Source of the DNA: Malacoraja senta
Lineage: Eukaryota
NCBI GenBank assembly: GCA_038087875.1
Contig: CM075995.1
Location: forward strand, 4,466,001-4,530,000
Reading direction: 5' to 3'
Length of the DNA: 64,000 nt
Below are positions 61,001 through 64,000 of this stretch, piece after piece (within the stretch, counting starts at the first letter, position 1; each line of letters starts with the position of its first letter). Under the pieces are notes generated by a model that searched no databases, was not told the DNA's origin, and worked only from the letters and a program-made list of their open reading frames with translations. A program made the position numbers and the translations under genes.

Positions 61001-61121
61001 TCTTCATCTCGGACGCCCAGTATCACGGCCAGTTGCTGCACAAGGGTTTCCTTCTGTTGCTCAGTCAGTCTGCTCACCTCGACATGAAGAACCAACTCCA
61101 CCAAGTCATCCTTCCTAGAGT
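51827..61121 (-). CDS. KIAA0319: KIAA0319 dyslexia-associated type I membrane protein, last six coding exons; upstream exons lie beyond the window
   Basis: Exons 61121-60962, 57980-57838, 56385-56263, 55057-54967, 53658-53570 and 52005-51827 join in frame. They encode the Cys-rich CSGHGHCDPFTKRC segment, a TM helix ending CCCKR, the YTIL endocytosis motif and STEHNSSLMVSESEF. The gene is convergent with ALDH5A1, as in human. Confidence 0.93.
53570..53658 (-). CDS. KIAA0319: KIAA0319 cytoplasmic exon
   Basis: aaacag|KRTKVRKKTKYTILDDMDDQERVALRPKY|gttagt; 89 nt. Confidence 0.92.
54967..55057 (-). CDS. KIAA0319: KIAA0319 transmembrane exon
   Basis: cacag|(E)WNILYVILSVFLAIVIIGGICWICNCCCK(R)|gtatga; 91 nt. 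Confidence 0.94.
56263..56385 (-). CDS. KIAA0319: KIAA0319 Cys-rich juxtamembrane exon
   Basis: tacag|CSLQCSGHGHCDPFTKRCACYPFWTENPLWHYLYEGESNC|gtgagt; 123 nt. Confidence 0.94.
57838..57980 (-). CDS. KIAA0319: KIAA0319 exon
   Basis: ctgcag|TVLTFYVQGRWPDSVHKGADVVGSLQKRLMREKVDFLLFKAMRIDTV|gtgagt; 143 nt. Confidence 0.92.
59045..59371. mobile_element. hAT-like DNA transposon terminal fragment
   Basis: Ends GGCCCGTGGGCCGTAGGTTGTCGACCCCTG|TCCTAGAT, a Charlie-type terminus and target; the other end was not found. Confidence 0.5.
60302..60837 (-). mobile_element. Young Penelope-like insertion (GIY-YIG end plus pseudo-LTR)
   Basis: 13-bp TSD AAACAAATACCAG (60289-60301 and 60838-60850); the first ~300 bp are near-identical to 61367-61656. 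Confidence 0.8.
60962..61121 (-). CDS. KIAA0319: KIAA0319 exon
   Basis: tgtag|(D)SRKDDLVELVLHVEVSRLTEQQKETLVQQLAVILGVRDEDIKVQKIQAHSDS|gtcggt; 160 nt. Confidence 0.9.
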
Positions 61122-61366
61122 CTACAGATCAGACACCAGGTTTAGCTTCCATACAATGGATCTAGAGGTCAAAATGTAGAGACACAAGGAACTGCATATG
61201 CTGAAACCTTGAGCAAAACACAAATCACTGGAGGTGTTCAGCGGGTCAGGCAGCATCTGGGGAGGGAATGGACAGGCGATGGTTTGTTTCGGGTCGGGAC
61301 CCTTCTGGCTGACCCGCTGAGTTCCTCCAGCACTTTGTGTTTTGTTCAACAGGTCAAAATGTGTTG

Positions 61367-61687
61367 GTACACAAAAATGCTGGAGAAACTCAGCGGGTGC
61401 AGCAGCATCTATGGAGCGAAGGAAATAGGTAACGTTTCGGGCCGAAACCCTTCTTCAGACTGATAGGGGGTGGGGAGAAGAAAGGAAAAAAGGAAAAGGC
61501 GGAGGAGGAGCCCGAGGGCTGGGGGAGGGGAGGAGACAACCAGATGGCTGATGAAGGGGAGGGGACAGCAAGGGCTAGCAGAATTGGGAGAATTCAATGT
61601 TCAGGCCACCAGGATGTAGACTGCCCAAGCGGAATATGAGGTGCATTTCCTCCAATTGTGGAAATTGGAAATTGGCTGATGAAGGGG
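61367..61687 (-). mobile_element. Second young Penelope-like insertion of the same subfamily
   Basis: 16-bp TSD AGGTCAAAATGTGTTG (61351-61366 and 61688-61703). Confidence 0.8.
61429..61460 (-). ncRNA. Minimal hammerhead-ribozyme-like motif, sense to KIAA0319 pre-mRNA
   Basis: The minus strand reads GU-CUGAAGA-A-GGGU-UUCG-GCCC-GAAAC-GUU-AC. Confidence 0.45.
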
Positions 61688-64000
61688 AGGTCAAAATGTG
61701 TTGTTCACCACGAAACATGACAGTTTATTTAGACTTTAGAGATACAGCGTGGAAATAGGCCCTTCAGCCCACTGAGCCTCCGCCAATCAGTGATCACCCC
61801 CGTACACTAACACTCGTCCTACACACTAGGGACAATTTACAATTTTAACAAAGCTAATTAACGTACAAACCTGTACACCTTTGGAGTGTGGTAGGAAACC
61901 GGAGCACCCAGATTTAGAATTAATTCGAATTAACAGAATTAAGTATTCTTTAAACTTATCTGTAGAATATATTCACTCTTCAACCTTATACTTTTCCCTG
62001 CAACATTTCAGAACTTTGTTCAAATCAAATTCAACCTCATATTATTCAGTATTTTTGATGAATTACCAATATTTCCCACTTGCCAAAGATCGTTCTCAGG
62101 ATATTAACACATTCTCAAACTAACACCGCCTCAGTCGGCCCACCCAAAGAGCGATACGATACGATAGAACTTTATTTATCCCAGGAGGGAAATTGATCTG
62201 CCAACAGTCACTCAGATTCACTGCTCATGAGTCCATCTGCAGACCATCTTTGGCTTGACTTGACTTGACAAGGAATTCAGGTGAATTTGAAAATTCCTCT
62301 CTGCACTGAATCTTTTAAATTTGGAAGTATAACCTATACATTTAATAAATAGGTGGGATGCAATGGCAAATTTATTCAGTGTTTCTAAAGCATAACACAA
62401 AACACATGAAATATACATTTCACTGTAGAAAAATAGTGTGATCTATTTCCACACTTTCACGGTAATTGTAATTGATTTTATTAGCTCAGTATTTTATTAG
62501 CCAAGTCCAGAACCAGGGGCCACAGTCTTAGAATAAAGGGGAGGCCATTTAAGACTGAGGTGAGAAAAAACGTTTTCACCCAGAGTTGTGAATTTGTGGA
62601 ATTCCCTGCCACATAGAGCAGTGGAGGTCAAATCACTGGATGGATTTAAGAGAGAGTTAGATAGAGCTCTAGGGGCTAGTGGAATCAAGGGATATGGGGA
62701 GAAGGCAGGCACGGGTTATTGATTGGGGACGATCAGCCATGATCACAATGAAGAGCCGAATGGCCTCCTCCTGCACCTATTTTCTATGTTTCTAAAACAG
62801 AACAAGTATGTAAATGATATGGGGAATTTGATTTGCCATACAGTTATACCATAAAAGCAACAAAACACGCAACCACATAAAAATTTAACGTGAACATCCA
62901 TCACAGCGCCCTCCACATTCCTCACTGTGATGGAAGCCAATAAAGTCTTATCTTCTTTCCTCCTTTTTCTCCCGCGGTCAGGGGAGTCGAACCATTCGCA
63001 GTCGGGGCGATTGAAGCTCCCGTCGCCGACGATCGAAGCTCCCATGATCGGGGCGGTCGAAGCTCCTGCAGCTTGGAGCTCCCGAAGCCGGTCCCTAACC
63101 AGGAACAGCGAACCCCACGATGTTAAAGTCAGCAGGCTCTCGCGGTTGGAGCTTCCGAGGTCGATCCCTGGCAAAGGGACCGCCAGCTCGGAGATGTTAA
63201 ATCCGCAGGCTCCCGCGGTTGGAGCGCCCAAGGTCGATCCCCAGCAAGAGGCCGGATGTTAGGCCGCAGTGCAGACGGGGATCCGATAAGGAAAAAGTCG
63301 CATCTCCGTCAAGGAAAGAGATTTTTTTAAAGTTTCCCTCCACCCCCCACATAATGCAAAACTAAAGATCCACTAAAACAACATTTAACTACAGACTAAA
63401 CAAAAACAAAATTGAGAAAGGGCCGAGACAGACTGTTGGCGAGGCAGCCATTATACGGCGCCACCCACATGGAAATAGATCACCTTAGCAGGAGAACACT
63501 CAGAGATTTATTTGAATTTTTAAATATATATTTTCCAATGGAAGCAGTTCCACAAAGTTTATTCTAAATGGCCCGGTTTTCATGTTACAGACGGCATCAT
63601 TATGTCATTTCTTTGTCTAAAACCCCATAACTTTAGACTGCACGGTGGTGTAGTAATAGAGTTGCTGCTTACAGCACCAGAGTTCTGGGTTCGATCCTGA
63701 CTACAGGTGCTGTCTGTACGGAGTTTGTATGTTCTCCCCGTGACCACGTGGGATTTCCCCGAGAGCTCCGTTTTCCTCCCACACTTCAAAGACATACAGG
63801 GTTGTAGGTTAATTGGGTTCGGTAAAGACTGTAAATTGTCCCTATTGTAGCATAGTGCGGGGATCGCTGGTCAGCGCGGAATTAGTGGGCTGAAGGGCCT
63901 GTTTCCGCAATGTATCTCTAAACTAAACTAAACTTAATTTTCTTGCAAAGCATTTAATAGGTGTCACTGGATAGTGGCCTGAGAGAATACGGATTAACTA

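Noticed and set aside
51827..61121. KIAA0319L (AAVR) instead of KIAA0319
   Set aside because: Adjacency to ALDH5A1 and MRS2, and the tail motifs YTIL, RPKYG and STEHNSSLMVSESEF, fit KIAA0319.
62743..63262. GC-rich ORFs near the window end as a further KIAA0319 exon or a novel gene
   Set aside because: No PKD-domain similarity or compatible splice phases; the region has short degenerate GAAGCTCC tandem units typical of a repeat element.

Overview
This is eukaryotic vertebrate genomic DNA, not microbial. The repeat content (V-SINE/HE1-type SINEs, CR1/HER1-type LINEs, abundant Penelope-derived inverted repeats) points to a cartilaginous fish, probably a skate or ray (inference). Three spliced genes can be rebuilt by eye with canonical GT-AG junctions and consistent reading phases: the last four coding exons of MRS2 (+, 1-7439), the complete 10-exon ALDH5A1/SSADH gene (+, 18754-49801, 1545 nt, 514 aa) and the last six coding exons of KIAA0319 (-, 61121-51827). 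This is the human 6p22 order and orientation, except that GPLD1, which lies between MRS2 and ALDH5A1 in human, is absent. The 11-kb interval is filled with nested transposons: Rex1-like, CR1, hAT, a tRNA-Trp-primed Gypsy element, and a Harbinger derivative carrying a 416-bp near-perfect inverted repeat just upstream of ALDH5A1. The introns hold a full-length decayed L1, a composite Helitron, MITEs, and many Penelope-derived repeats containing a minimal hammerhead-ribozyme-like core. Most entries in the ORF track are transposon fragments or spurious. All calls were made by eye and no searches were run.
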